A DNA stretch of 29,500 nucleotides from a virus (Duplodnaviria > Caudoviricetes). Each line of letters starts with the position of its first letter. Position 1 is the stretch's first letter. This document shows, piece after piece, positions 1 to 10,030 of this stretch. The stretch is from positions 1-29,500 of the IMG/VR virus record IMGVR_UViG_3300005805_008629, one strand, 5' to 3'. The notes below the pieces were generated by a model. That model worked only from the letters and a program-made list of their open reading frames with translations, made no database searches and was not told the origin of the DNA. The translations under genes and the position numbers were made by a program.

Positions 1-192
1 TTTGTAACGAGATTCAATCTTTCCGCCAAATTGGCTAAATACTCTCTCTATTTCGCTTCTGGCCTCAGGCGATATCCGAATCAAGTAATTGGAAGATGGC
101 CCAAGATCCAATGACTGAGCCGGAGCTGTAGAGGAGAGCAGGCCAAGGACAAGAAGCAGGGGGATGAGAATACGGCGAAAAGTTTTTATCAC
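1..192 (-). CDS. Partial CDS running off the left edge: secreted protein, probably the N-terminus of an S8 (subtilisin-like) peptidase (signal peptide + I9-like propeptide)
   Basis: Not in the ORF track. My translation from GTG at 192 is open to base 1: MIKTFRRILIPLLLVLGLLSSTAPAQSLDLGPSSNYLIRISPEARSEIERVFSQFGGKIESRYK. It shows a classical Sec signal peptide, then a 'Y-L-I-R...GG-K-I-x-x-R-Y' pattern resembling subtilisin propeptides. No catalytic domain is visible in the window. Confidence 0.55.
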   Translation of the reverse strand, partial: MIKTFRRILIPLLLVLGLLSSTAPAQSLDLGPSSNYLIRISPEARSEIERVFSQFGGKIESRYK

Positions 193-293
193 CCCCCAAT
201 TGTGGCACTTAAAGGGCAGGCCTGAAAGCAGATTTAGGGTTGTAAAGCAATTTATTATCAATTATTAAAGTTCTCCTAGTCATTTGGTATTCT

Positions 294-3200
294 ATGAGCA
301 TTGTGCGCCGATTAATTATGTTTGGGCTAATCTTTTTTTTCAGTTTCACAATTTTTGGAGTTACAACCTCTTCAGCAGTAAATGACGTTAAAGTTTCAAT
401 GTTATCAGTAAGTGGAACAAGCGTTAATGCTTCATGGGTAACAAAAGGTAAGTTAGCAAAGACAACCTATTTCGTTGAGTTAATCGAAAGTCAAAAACCA
501 AAAGAAAAGCCAATTAAATTTAACAAGGTTGGTAAAGCACTATTAGAGATCTCAGATTTGAAGCCTTGGACTGAATACTCAATTCGTGTTCGAGCAGCCG
601 TCGGAAGCAAGTATTTTGCTTGGAGTAAATATAAATCTTTTGCAACAACTGCTAACGCACCGGATGATTTAAGTATTAAAAATGTCTCTTACAGGTCTGC
701 CGACATCTCGTGGAATCCAGTACTGGGCGCTTCAGGCTATAGAGTCTTTTTGAATAACACTGCTGTCGACAGCACAGTTTTATCTACCTATGCATTTAAA
801 GGCCTTGACATAGGAAAGGAATATTCCTTCAAAGTATTGGCTGTAAAAGGTTCTCTCCAAGGCCTGCCAAGTGAGCAATCATTCACTACCCTCCAAACTG
901 CACCACAAAATGTAACAAATACCTTGATAACAAATACCACAGCAACTTTCGAATGGTCAGCGATCTCAGGCGTCGATGATTATGAAGTATATCTTGATGG
1001 AAAATTAGCAGATCGAGTAAAAGTAACAAACTATCAATTTAAAAATTTAACGCCTGGAAAATCTTTTAGCATTAAGATTTTAGGGCGATTTGGAACCCAG
1101 AGCACCTTAGCTTATGAAACTAAAGCCATTACAGCCAGCGAAGCACCTTCAAGCTTGAAGTTAATAGAGGCAACAACAAGCACTTTGAAGTTTGAGTGGG
1201 TTGGAAGTAAGAACTTTTCAAAATATTACATCTATCAAGATTCTCAGCGAATTGCCACATCGACTTCGACTACTTACACCATCACTGGGCTCAAAACAGG
1301 GCAAGATGTTGTGGTCTACGTAACTGGGGTAGAAGGTGAAGTAGAGTCTTCTCCAAGCTCGGAAGTTAAGGCAAACACGCAAGTGACAACGCCAGCTGCT
1401 CCAACAGCAACTCCAATAGATGCAACTTCAGTCAGAATTGCATGGGTGGCGGATCTTGCGGCCAAGAATGTAATAGTCGAAGTGTTCGACAAGGTAAGTT
1501 CAACGGCGCTCAAAACGAGTACCGTGGTTGGTAACACCGCCTCAGTAATCATTTCTGGACTTTCAGCAGATTCCGAATATACAGCTACTATTAAAATTGA
1601 TTATGGCAGTCGTTCGACAGGCGCATCCCCTATCGTAACTTTTACAACTCTTAAACCTTCCCCAAAGAAACCCACAGCCTCCCTCATCACTTCTACTTCT
1701 GCCACTATTTCTTGGGATGCGGTAGCAGGAGCAATTCTGTATGAATACTCAATTGATGGTGGCGTACCTGTGTCTACAACTACTAACCTATCAGTTTTGT
1801 TGAGCTCTCGATCTGCAGGTGTTTCATATTCAGTAAGAGTTCGTGCAGGCTTCACCAATAGTTCTAAGCAAACAATTTATTCAGAATACTCAGAGGCAGT
1901 TAGCTTTACAGCACTTACAGACCCCGCTAATAAACCGACAAATAGCTCAGTGCCGGTAGTTTCTGTCATTTCCCCGACTACAGTGACTACAGCAGTAGTG
2001 GGAGCAACACTTTCAACAACCAATGGTGCTTGGACATCTACGCCAGCAATAGCAGGGTATTCCTATCAGTGGCAGCGTTCTCTTGATGGTGGAACTATTT
2101 ATTCAAATCTAAATGGAGCAACAAATTCAACTTACGTTTTAGCAGAATCAGATTATGGATTTTTAATACGCGTGGTTGTAACGGCTACTAATGTCAATGG
2201 AAGCACGACCGCAAACTCTGCGGCAACTTCAGCAATTGGGACAATAGTCAATCTACAAATTCCTATCGCTAGGGGAACCCTAGTACTCGGAGATACATTA
2301 ACTGCTACCCAAGGAACTTGGCATTCTGCAGATACTCTTAACTACAGTTATCAGTGGCAACGCTCGAGTAACAATTCAAGCTGGAGTGACATCAGTGGAG
2401 CTACCGCAGCAACTCATACGTTGGTAGAAGCTGACTTAGGAAATTATGTAAGAATTCAGATAACAGCTCGCTCAAACCTGGGATCACTAGCAGCGCAGAG
2501 TCCATCTAGAGGTATTGTCCCAGCCCTTCTAAATACGGCCATTCCAACCATTTCAGGAGTTGCTCGCACCACTGAAGTTTTAACCGCCACAACGGGAACT
2601 TGGCTAAATTCCCCAGGAAGTTATTCATATCAATGGGAGCAGAGTTCGGATGGCGCTCTCTGGGATTATATTGAAGGAGCTACCTCATCAACATTTACTC
2701 TTACTTCATCCCAAGCTGGAAAATATGTGAGAGTACAAGTTCGTGGGACAAAGACTGTTAGCGCCACGAATTACTCAGCTGTTGCTTACTCAAGTTCTAC
2801 CGGACTAGTAACCGGACTAGTAATTACCAATTCATCGGCACCTGAAGTTAGTGGAGCTTGGACCGTTGGTGTCTCGCTCTCTACATCTGCGGGTTCGTGG
2901 TCACAATCAGGAACATATACTTACAAATGGCAAGAGTCTTCAGATGCATCTACTTGGAGCGATATTTCTGGAGCAACAAGTAGTAGTTACACGTTAGTCA
3001 GTGCAAACTCTGGAAAATTTATTCGCTCTGTTGTCACCATAACATCAAGTACAGGAGCTGGAACGGCTTACTCAGCATATACGAGAAAGGTCGGATCTCC
3101 CTATAACACAGTTGCCCCAGCAATTACAGGAACTATTCGAGTCGGTGAAACCCAAACCAGCACAAATGGAACTTGGAGCAATACGCCAACCTCATATACA

Positions 3201-3665
3201 TATCAGTGGCAGTCCAGTTCAAATGGAATCCTATGGACAAATATTGCAGATTCTTCTACGGCTGCTACATACATTCCAACCTTTGCTCAAGCTAACCTTC
3301 AGCTACGTGTAACAATTTCTGCCGTTAATGCCGTGGATACCGCAACTGTTACTTCAAATGTTGTTTCTGGATTCTTGCCACCAGAGGCAACCGCGATTCC
3401 AACAATTTCAGGAACTACTACAGCTGGACAGACACTTACTGCCACAAGCGGCACGTGGCCGCAAACCTCAAGTGGTTATGTTTACCAGTGGCAACGCTCA
3501 ACCAATGGTGTTTCCTGGAGTGATATTTCCAGTGCCACCTCATCGACTTATGTGCTGGCATCAGGTGATGCGGGGTATGTGATTCGGGTTCAAGTTTCGC
3601 TTTCAACAAATGCAGGAACAAGCGTGGCTTATAGTCTTGCAACTACTTCAATCGCAGCCTCTTAG
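294..3665 (+). CDS. Large secreted/surface protein with fibronectin type III repeats followed by Ig-like repeats
   Basis: 1123 aa with an N-terminal hydrophobic signal. About 6 FN3-like units (W...Y...L.P..Y...V.A) are followed by about 6 ~95-aa repeats of the type P.isG...G.tL....GtW....Y.YQWq.S.dg..W.dI.GAT.stY.l...D.G..iRV. Very Ser/Thr-rich. Confidence 0.9.
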   Translation: MSIVRRLIMFGLIFFFSFTIFGVTTSSAVNDVKVSMLSVSGTSVNASWVTKGKLAKTTYFVELIESQKPKEKPIKFNKVGKALLEISDLKPWTEYSIRVRAAVGSKYFAWSKYKSFATTANAPDDLSIKNVSYRSADISWNPVLGASGYRVFLNNTAVDSTVLSTYAFKGLDIGKEYSFKVLAVKGSLQGLPSEQSFTTLQTAPQNVTNTLITNTTATFEWSAISGVDDYEVYLDGKLADRVKVTNYQFKNLTPGKSFSIKILGRFGTQSTLAYETKAITASEAPSSLKLIEATTSTLKFEWVGSKNFSKYYIYQDSQRIATSTSTTYTITGLKTGQDVVVYVTGVEGEVESSPSSEVKANTQVTTPAAPTATPIDATSVRIAWVADLAAKNVIVEVFDKVSSTALKTSTVVGNTASVIISGLSADSEYTATIKIDYGSRSTGASPIVTFTTLKPSPKKPTASLITSTSATISWDAVAGAILYEYSIDGGVPVSTTTNLSVLLSSRSAGVSYSVRVRAGFTNSSKQTIYSEYSEAVSFTALTDPANKPTNSSVPVVSVISPTTVTTAVVGATLSTTNGAWTSTPAIAGYSYQWQRSLDGGTIYSNLNGATNSTYVLAESDYGFLIRVVVTATNVNGSTTANSAATSAIGTIVNLQIPIARGTLVLGDTLTATQGTWHSADTLNYSYQWQRSSNNSSWSDISGATAATHTLVEADLGNYVRIQITARSNLGSLAAQSPSRGIVPALLNTAIPTISGVARTTEVLTATTGTWLNSPGSYSYQWEQSSDGALWDYIEGATSSTFTLTSSQAGKYVRVQVRGTKTVSATNYSAVAYSSSTGLVTGLVITNSSAPEVSGAWTVGVSLSTSAGSWSQSGTYTYKWQESSDASTWSDISGATSSSYTLVSANSGKFIRSVVTITSSTGAGTAYSAYTRKVGSPYNTVAPAITGTIRVGETQTSTNGTWSNTPTSYTYQWQSSSNGILWTNIADSSTAATYIPTFAQANLQLRVTISAVNAVDTATVTSNVVSGFLPPEATAIPTISGTTTAGQTLTATSGTWPQTSSGYVYQWQRSTNGVSWSDISSATSSTYVLASGDAGYVIRVQVSLSTNAGTSVAYSLATTSIAAS

Positions 3666-3747
3666 TTCGCAACGGCCCTTAGCGTCTGACGGCAAGTGCT
3701 TTTCAGTCATAACTTTTAACTTTCAAGCGATTGTCCCCACCCACCTC

Positions 3748-3753
3748 TAGATT
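3748..3753 (+). promoter_or_regulatory. Putative -10 element (TAGATT) of a leaderless transcript
   Basis: TAnnnT hexamer 6 nt before the ATG at 3760, with no SD. This arrangement is typical of leaderless actinobacterial genes. No clear -35. Confidence 0.3.
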
Positions 3754-3759
3754 AAAGCC

Positions 3760-4032
3760 ATGGATCTAGAGCAAGTGATACTGACGGTAATGGCAATGCC
3801 GATAGTTTCCTTTACCGCCTTTGCCTTTGGACGAAATCCCTTTCTCTGGGCCTTCCTCGCTTATCTCTTCCAATTCTGGTGCTTAATTCCTATCTTTCTT
3901 ATGAAGAAAAAACCAATACAGGAGCTTCCCCAATCAATCCTTAAATTGGCAGGTGAGATCAATATGAAGCGAGAGCTTAGAAAGATCAAGACTCCAGATG
4001 ATCTCTTTGGGGGGAGAGGAAAGGATAGTTAA
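3760..4032 (+). CDS. Small hypothetical membrane protein
   Basis: 90 aa: two hydrophobic helices around 'GRNPFLWAFL', then a basic soluble tail. It fills the gap between the neighbouring genes. Confidence 0.7.
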   Translation: MDLEQVILTVMAMPIVSFTAFAFGRNPFLWAFLAYLFQFWCLIPIFLMKKKPIQELPQSILKLAGEINMKRELRKIKTPDDLFGGRGKDS

Positions 4033-4055
4033 AACTATTACTCACTGTTTTTAGA

Positions 4056-4643
4056 TTATTGAAGAGCTTCAAAAACAACTGCAATAACATTGGCTCCAGC
4101 ATCCTCAAGCCCTTTAGCTCTCTCGCCAATCCATCCAGCTCTACCATGTCGTGGCATCATCTCTGCTGTTACTTTTGCTCCACCTCTGGCAGCAATTGCA
4201 GCAGAAGAAAGTCCAGAGCGAAGATCACTCGCATCATTTAGGGCAGTTAACGCCGGCGCTAAGGCATCAAGCAAAGTTCTCTCGCCAATAGATGCTTTTC
4301 CACGCGCAGCAATTCCCTCAAATGCAGCTTTAAAGCCCTTTTGAGCATTCTCTAAAGGTGAATAATCATTTGAGACTACCCCTGAAGCTCTAATAAAACC
4401 GGTAGCAAACAAAGTGCCGAAGGTTGAGGGCGCTGATTTTGAAATTTCTCGGCCCAGCATCATGAGATCTGCCTTTAAATCGCCAGTAGACAATGAAATG
4501 CCAGATCTAATTCCTTCAGCAATTTTTCCAGCAGTTATTCCTAGGTCTCCATCTCCAGCAGCAGAATCTAACTCCTCAAATCTTTTTGAGTTATTCTCCA
4601 GCGCCTTTGCCACTTTCTCTAAAGTCGCAGAAAATTCACTCAT
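4056..4643 (-). CDS. dhaL: Dihydroxyacetone kinase family, L subunit (DAK2 domain)
   Basis: Motifs LDSAAGDGDLG, GERTLLDAL and GRAGWIGE...DAGA. ATGA overlap with the dhaK stop. Confidence 0.92.
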   Translation of the reverse strand: MSEFSATLEKVAKALENNSKRFEELDSAAGDGDLGITAGKIAEGIRSGISLSTGDLKADLMMLGREISKSAPSTFGTLFATGFIRASGVVSNDYSPLENAQKGFKAAFEGIAARGKASIGERTLLDALAPALTALNDASDLRSGLSSAAIAARGGAKVTAEMMPRHGRAGWIGERAKGLEDAGANVIAVVFEALQ

Positions 4644-5641
4644 ACCTGGGTGAAGAAAGGAGTGTGAGCAGGGGCGTTAATGTAACCAAGGATTTCTGAG
4701 TCAACTCTAATTACTGAGATTGACGCACCGGCCATCTCTAGCGAAGTGGCAAATTCACCAACATATACTCGGGCTACATCAATCCCATCGCCACTGAAGA
4801 TCTTTTTTACTTGACGGTACATGATATATAGCTCTTCAGGAGGAGTTGCTCCTAGGCTATTCATCAAAACACATACTTTATCTCCGGACTTTAATGACAA
4901 ATCGCTCTTTATTGCGTTGATTAGCTCCGAAGTAATCTGGTCTGCAGTCTCTAATTTAGCTTTTCTAATTCCTGGCTCTCCATGAATACCCATGCCAATT
5001 TCCATTTCGCCAGCTTTAACTTCAAATGTGGGATGTCCAACGGTTGGAAGAGTAACTGGACTAAGTGCTACTCCCATGGTGCGAGTCTGGGCAGCAGCGC
5101 GCTTGGTAATTGCAACTACTTCATCTAGTGATTTACCTGCAGCAGCAGCCGCACCTGCAACTTTATACAGAAAGAAAATTCCCGCAATTCCTCGCCTTCG
5201 AGATTCTTCCCCCTTAGGAGCTGAGGCGACATCATCAGCTCCTAGAATGGTTTCAACTCGAATTCCCTCGGCTTCGGCTAACTCAGCGGCAAGATCAAAA
5301 TTCATTACATCTCCACCATAATTGCCATATATATAGAGAACTCCAGCACCTGAATTAACTTGCTTGGTTACAGCTAACATTTGATCTGCTGTGGGACTTT
5401 GAAATACATCTCCAACAGCTACTCCATCTAGTAAGCCTTTTCCAACATAACCCAGGAATAGTGGAAGATGGCCAGAGCCCCCTCCTGTGGCTATTCCAAC
5501 TTTGCTGGCAATAGGGGCATCTGCACGAACCAGGGCATGGTTGTCACCATCCACAGCTTTCAATTGGGTTGGATATGCCTGAAGGATGCCTTCGAGCATC
5601 TCGCTAACAAATTCTTTTGGGACGTTCAATATTTTCTGCAT
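4640..5641 (-). CDS. dhaK: Dihydroxyacetone kinase family, K subunit (DAK1 domain)
   Basis: Motifs GGGSGHLP, NYGGDVMNF and GMGIHGEPG (catalytic His); 333 aa. Confidence 0.93.
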   Translation of the reverse strand: MQKILNVPKEFVSEMLEGILQAYPTQLKAVDGDNHALVRADAPIASKVGIATGGGSGHLPLFLGYVGKGLLDGVAVGDVFQSPTADQMLAVTKQVNSGAGVLYIYGNYGGDVMNFDLAAELAEAEGIRVETILGADDVASAPKGEESRRRGIAGIFFLYKVAGAAAAAGKSLDEVVAITKRAAAQTRTMGVALSPVTLPTVGHPTFEVKAGEMEIGMGIHGEPGIRKAKLETADQITSELINAIKSDLSLKSGDKVCVLMNSLGATPPEELYIMYRQVKKIFSGDGIDVARVYVGEFATSLEMAGASISVIRVDSEILGYINAPAHTPFFTQV

Positions 5642-5678
5642 AAAGGCGAGCCTATCTCCTCGAGGTGTGCGGAGTTTA

Positions 5679-5786
5679 TAACAATATTGTGACGCAGCCT
5701 AGCAATACTTCACAGGACCCTTGACTCTTATTGTGAATAGGGAAAGGATACTTCAAAGCCCTAACGGGTCAATTTCAAGTTGACCC
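5679..5786. promoter_or_regulatory. Divergent promoter region with operator-like palindromes
   Basis: Perfect palindrome ACAATATTGT (5681-5690) and inverted repeat GGGTCAA-N7-TTGACCC (5766-5786) between the divergent dhaK and ABC operons. The regulator is not in the window. Confidence 0.35.
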
Positions 5787-5817
5787 CCAAGAAGGGCCAT
5801 ACAACCTAGGAGTATGA

Positions 5818-6813
5818 ATGAATAAGAAGAAATGGATAGCAGTTGGTGCAGCGTTTGCTCTCTTGCTCACAACTGGAACAGCAACAAGCCAAGCTGCTAA
5901 GAAGAGATATGTCATCTCTGTTAAGTTGATTGGCGTTGGCTGGTTCGACAATATGGATAAAGGAATCAAGGCTTGGGCTAAGAAGAACAAGATTGATGCC
6001 TCTATGACTGGGGCAACAGATGCTTCAGCGGAAAAACAAGCCAAAATGGTTGAAGACCTGATTGCTCAAAAGGTAACAGGAATCGGAATTGTCCCCAACG
6101 ATGTAGCTTCTATCGATGGCGTTATTAAGAAAGCTAAGAAAGCCGGAATTAAAGTTGTAACTCATGAAGCTGGTGGCATAAAGAATGCAGATGCAAATAT
6201 CGAAGCATTCGAAAATGCTGCTTATGGCGCAGTGATGATGGATAACCTCGCCGCATGTATGGGTAATTCTGGTAAGTATGTTGCATTTGTTGGAACACTA
6301 ACCAATGGAAGCCATAACGAGTGGGTTGCTGGAGCTTACGAGCAAGCAAAGAGTAAGTATCCAAATATCACAAGAGTTGAAGACCCAATTGAATCAAAGG
6401 AAGATGCTGATGTTGCTTACAACAAGACAAAAGAATTGTTGAAGAAATATCCAGATCTCAAGGGATTTGAAGGATCTTCTGCTAATGATGTTGTTGGTAT
6501 TGGACGAGCAGTTGAGGAGCTTGGACTAAACGACAAAGTATGCGTGATGGGAACATCAATTCCATCGATGACAAATAAGTTGCTACAAACAGGCGCCATT
6601 GACAAGATCTTCTTCTGGGACTCAGCACTTGCTGGTCAGGCCATGCTTAATATGCTGGAACTTTTAAACAAGGGACAGAAAATTAAAGCTGGAATGAACC
6701 TAAAGGTTAAGGGTTATAACAAGATCACGGTCAGCAAGACAAATCCTAAGAGCTTCAATGGAGCTGCATGGGTTATTGTTGATAAGAACAACGCAAGTAA
6801 GTACAACATCTAA
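5818..6813 (+). CDS. Sugar ABC transporter substrate-binding protein (periplasmic binding protein type 1, LsrB/RhaS-like)
   Basis: Signal peptide ending SQA; motifs VKLIGVGWF and QAKMVEDLIAQKV.GI.IVPND; SD AGGAG upstream; first gene of an ABC operon. Confidence 0.92.
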   Translation: MNKKKWIAVGAAFALLLTTGTATSQAAKKRYVISVKLIGVGWFDNMDKGIKAWAKKNKIDASMTGATDASAEKQAKMVEDLIAQKVTGIGIVPNDVASIDGVIKKAKKAGIKVVTHEAGGIKNADANIEAFENAAYGAVMMDNLAACMGNSGKYVAFVGTLTNGSHNEWVAGAYEQAKSKYPNITRVEDPIESKEDADVAYNKTKELLKKYPDLKGFEGSSANDVVGIGRAVEELGLNDKVCVMGTSIPSMTNKLLQTGAIDKIFFWDSALAGQAMLNMLELLNKGQKIKAGMNLKVKGYNKITVSKTNPKSFNGAAWVIVDKNNASKYNI

Positions 6814-6845
6814 GTACTTGTTAGCTTGCTAGTGGTAGGAAGATT

Positions 6846-6873
6846 GTGGGGCGCGCACACCGCGCCCCACTTT
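6846..6873 (+). terminator. Stem-loop after the SBP gene (partial terminator or mRNA stabiliser)
   Basis: GTGGGGCGCG-CACAC-CGCGCCCCAC followed by only TTT. This is the usual position for tuning the SBP:permease ratio. Confidence 0.7.
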
Positions 6874-6963
6874 CATTAACACCATGTTTATCAGTTAGCA
6901 GTAGACTCATTGAGAGAATCAAAAAGTGCTAATCAACTTAATTCTTGGGAAAGGCGGGTTTCA

Positions 6964-8460
6964 ATGCTAACCACGCAAACCGCTGAGTACAGCGTAAAAA
7001 ATATTGTTAAGAGTTTTGGAGGTGCAAAGGCTTTAGCAGGGGTATCTATGTCTGTATCCGCTGAAGAAGTTCACTGCCTTGCTGGCGAGAATGGGTCTGG
7101 CAAATCTACGCTTATCAAAATTATGTCAGGTGTGCATGCCCCTGATTCCGGAGTAATAACACTTGCGGGAAAAGAATTTGCTCATTTATCTCCTCGCCAA
7201 GCAGTAAATGAAGGTGTGCAGGTCATTTTCCAAGATTTTTCTCTGCTTCCCAATTTAACAGTTGCTGAAAATATTGCCCTTCCAACAAACATATTGAAGT
7301 CCTCAAAAATTATTGGAAAAAAAGAGACCAGGAGAATAGCTGAAGAGGCTTTGGGTCATATTGGCGTAGATATTGACATTAATTCGCCACTGGTTGAGAC
7401 CTCAATAGCCTCTAAGCAATTAATTGCAATCGCCAGGGCTACTAATTTGGGCGTAAAGATGCTCTTTATGGATGAACCAACCACGGCTTTAACTCGCAAA
7501 GAGGTAAAAAAGCTATTTGAAGTTGTGGACCAGCTTCGCAAACGTGGGGTAGCAATTGTTTTTGTTAGCCACAAAATTGATGAAATTCAAGAGATTTGCA
7601 ACACCATTACCGTCTTACGAAATGGTGAAGTGGCGGCTGAAGGCTTGATGTCAAAGTTTAAAGCCAAGGAGATAGCTACGGCTATGACTGGTTCGGAAAT
7701 AGCAACTTCTCGCATTGCGCCACCTTTAGGCAAAGATTCCCGACCTCTTCTCGAGCTTGAGAAACTAACTTCAAAAAATACTTTTAATGATGTCTCTTTC
7801 TCTATTTCAGAGGGTGAAATTATTGGATTAACTGGCCTACTTGGCTCGGGTCGAACAGAGTTAGCTGAAGCAATATTTGGCAAATATCCAGTAGATGCAG
7901 GTTGTATTAAAGTAGATGGGAAAGAGGTAACTCTTAATTCACCAGAGGCCGCTTTAGCTTCTGGTATTGGTTATGTACCACCAGATCGATTAACCCAAGG
8001 ATTGTTTTTAGAGCAATCAATCTTGCGCAATATTGTTGCTGTGGGACTAGACAGGCAAAAGAGTCGGTGGGGAGCAATTTCAAAAACGAAATTAGCGAAA
8101 ATTGGAAGCTCTTGGATCTCAGAACTTAGAATAAAAACGAAGAATCCGATGAATCCTGTTTCATCTCTTTCGGGTGGAAATCAACAGAGAGTTGTCCTAG
8201 CTAAATGGCTGTCCATTAACCCGAAAGTTATGATTCTCAACGGTCCAACGGTAGGGGTCGATGTTGGTTCCAAGCGTGAAATACTTGAAATAATTCGAGA
8301 TAGAGCTCAAGCCGGGATGGCTTTCCTCTTGGTTTCTGATGACATTCCAGAGCTGGTGCAAATTTGCCACAAAGTTTTGGTCATTCGCCATGGCAAAATT
8401 TCCAAGGAGTTTAATGATAAACAAATCAGCGAGAGCGCAATCTATAAGGAGCTGAATTGA
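6964..8460 (+). CDS. Sugar ABC transporter ATP-binding protein (RbsA/MglA-type, two NBDs)
   Basis: Walker A GENGSGKS, Walker B LFMDEPT, LSGGNQQ signature, degenerate second Walker B (ILNGPT). I prefer the ATG at 6964 (GGAAAGG upstream) over the track's TTG at 6910. Confidence 0.93.
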   Translation: MLTTQTAEYSVKNIVKSFGGAKALAGVSMSVSAEEVHCLAGENGSGKSTLIKIMSGVHAPDSGVITLAGKEFAHLSPRQAVNEGVQVIFQDFSLLPNLTVAENIALPTNILKSSKIIGKKETRRIAEEALGHIGVDIDINSPLVETSIASKQLIAIARATNLGVKMLFMDEPTTALTRKEVKKLFEVVDQLRKRGVAIVFVSHKIDEIQEICNTITVLRNGEVAAEGLMSKFKAKEIATAMTGSEIATSRIAPPLGKDSRPLLELEKLTSKNTFNDVSFSISEGEIIGLTGLLGSGRTELAEAIFGKYPVDAGCIKVDGKEVTLNSPEAALASGIGYVPPDRLTQGLFLEQSILRNIVAVGLDRQKSRWGAISKTKLAKIGSSWISELRIKTKNPMNPVSSLSGGNQQRVVLAKWLSINPKVMILNGPTVGVDVGSKREILEIIRDRAQAGMAFLLVSDDIPELVQICHKVLVIRHGKISKEFNDKQISESAIYKELN

Positions 8461-9491
8461 ACCCCAAATTTAAGAGACTATTGATGCGAAACGAAACTGT
8501 GCTCATATTGGCTATCGTGGTATTTTCTTTTGTAATTGGGTCTAAAAGTCCTGAGTTTTTTACCCTTGCTAACCTTTTTGACATCCTACGATCATCATTT
8601 GTTCAGTTACTTTTTGCTTTGGGCGTGCTAATTGTCATTATCAGTGGGGGAATAGATGTTTCATTTCCCATAGTAGGAATTTTTGCCGGTTATACCGCCG
8701 TTGTCATCATGCAAAAGTTTGAGCTAAATGGCGAGAGTCTTTTGATACCAATTATATTAGCAATAGTGATTGGAACTTTGCTGGGAGGAGTGAATGCAAT
8801 TGCTATCGCCGGGTTTGGTATCCCTACTCTCATAGCAACTTTGGGAACAGCTGGAATCTTCCGAGGCTTGATGCTCACTCTAATAGGCTCTTCGTTTATC
8901 AGTGACATACCTATTGCTCTCGATCAGTTTTCAACAGCAGATCTAGTTAAGTTTGAGTCTGCGACTGGCACATTAGTTCGACTTCATGTCTTGGTCATCC
9001 CCATAACCATAATTACAATTCTAATTTCACTAATTTTGAGTAGAACACTCTTTGGTCGATCTGTTTATGCGCTAGGTGGCGGAGTAGAACCAACGCGTCG
9101 TTTAGGAATCTCAGTAAAAGGAACTCAGACAAAAATCTATCTCTTAGCCGGGGCACTTTCAGGGCTTGCTGGGATTTTTTATGTCTCGTTGCAAAGGAAA
9201 GCAAATCCTTATGATCTAGCAGGTTCTGAGCTAGATATCATTGCAGCAGTTGTTTTGGGCGGTGCCAGCATTATGGGCGGTTATGGAACAGTTTTCGGAA
9301 CTGTCCTAGGTGTGCTCTTTATTAACTTGATCAAAAATAATCTAGTGCTTCTAGGTGTTAGTAGTTCTTGGCAGCGAGCAGCTGTTGGGGCTCTCCTGGT
9401 TATAGGTATAACTCTTCAAGCTATCGGTGAAAGTCGACGAAATAAACGCCGTCGAGCCCTCTCCGAAAGTGAGGTGGAATCAATTGAATGA
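8457..9491 (+). CDS. Sugar ABC transporter permease (RbsC family)
   Basis: Motifs GGIDVS, IPTLIATLG and ELDIIAAVVLGGASIMGG.G. TTG start with AAGGAG SD. Confidence 0.93.
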   Translation: MNPKFKRLLMRNETVLILAIVVFSFVIGSKSPEFFTLANLFDILRSSFVQLLFALGVLIVIISGGIDVSFPIVGIFAGYTAVVIMQKFELNGESLLIPIILAIVIGTLLGGVNAIAIAGFGIPTLIATLGTAGIFRGLMLTLIGSSFISDIPIALDQFSTADLVKFESATGTLVRLHVLVIPITIITILISLILSRTLFGRSVYALGGGVEPTRRLGISVKGTQTKIYLLAGALSGLAGIFYVSLQRKANPYDLAGSELDIIAAVVLGGASIMGGYGTVFGTVLGVLFINLIKNNLVLLGVSSSWQRAAVGALLVIGITLQAIGESRRNKRRRALSESEVESIE

Positions 9492-10030
9492 GTTAAGAAA
9501 CCGTTTCGCTTCCTCTACTCTTTTATCTGATAGAAAAGTTACTCAGCTAATGGGTTTTACTCTTTTGGTGCTTCTAATTTTCTCTTACTTTTCTCCTGAT
9601 ATCTTTTTCACGCCAGAGAATTTCACCTCAATGGCATTTCAAGTCCCAGAGGTAGCTATTCTCTCTATTGCAGTAATGCTATCTATGCTCACAGGTGGAA
9701 TAGATTTATCGATAGTTGCAACATCTAATCTAGCTGCATTATTAGCGGCATACATTTTGACAAAAAATATGAGTGAGGACGGAGAAATAGCAAATCTCTG
9801 GATTTTGATGGCATGCCTGGCTGGCATTTTGCTTGGTTTAATTTGTGGCGGCATAAATGCACTATTGATTGCTGTTCTTAATATCACGCCAATATTAGCC
9901 ACTCTGGCAACCCTCACATTATTCAATGGGATAGCAATTGGATTAACAAACGGAGTTTCTATCTCTGGCCTACCAGATCAGTTTACTCGCATCGGTAATG
10001 GAACTTTTTTTGGTTTGCCAACACCTTTCC
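9484..10030 (+). pseudogene. Second sugar ABC permease, 3'-truncated at the junction
   Basis: TTG at 9484 after GAGGTG; motifs GGIDLS and PILATLAT. Permease similarity ends at 'GNGTFFGLPTPF' (~180 aa of an expected ~320-340 aa). The rest of the track ORF to 10113 is read-through into phage DNA. Confidence 0.85.

Noticed and set aside
1940-3660. Repeated TATCAGTGGCA-like DNA words as a CRISPR or DNA repeat array
   Set aside because: They encode the YQWQ motif of protein repeats about 290 bp apart and are degenerate at synonymous sites. There is no spacer structure and no cas gene.
5688-5737. CRP/GlxR site from TGTGA and TCACA half-sites
   Set aside because: The half-site spacing is far from the canonical 6 bp.
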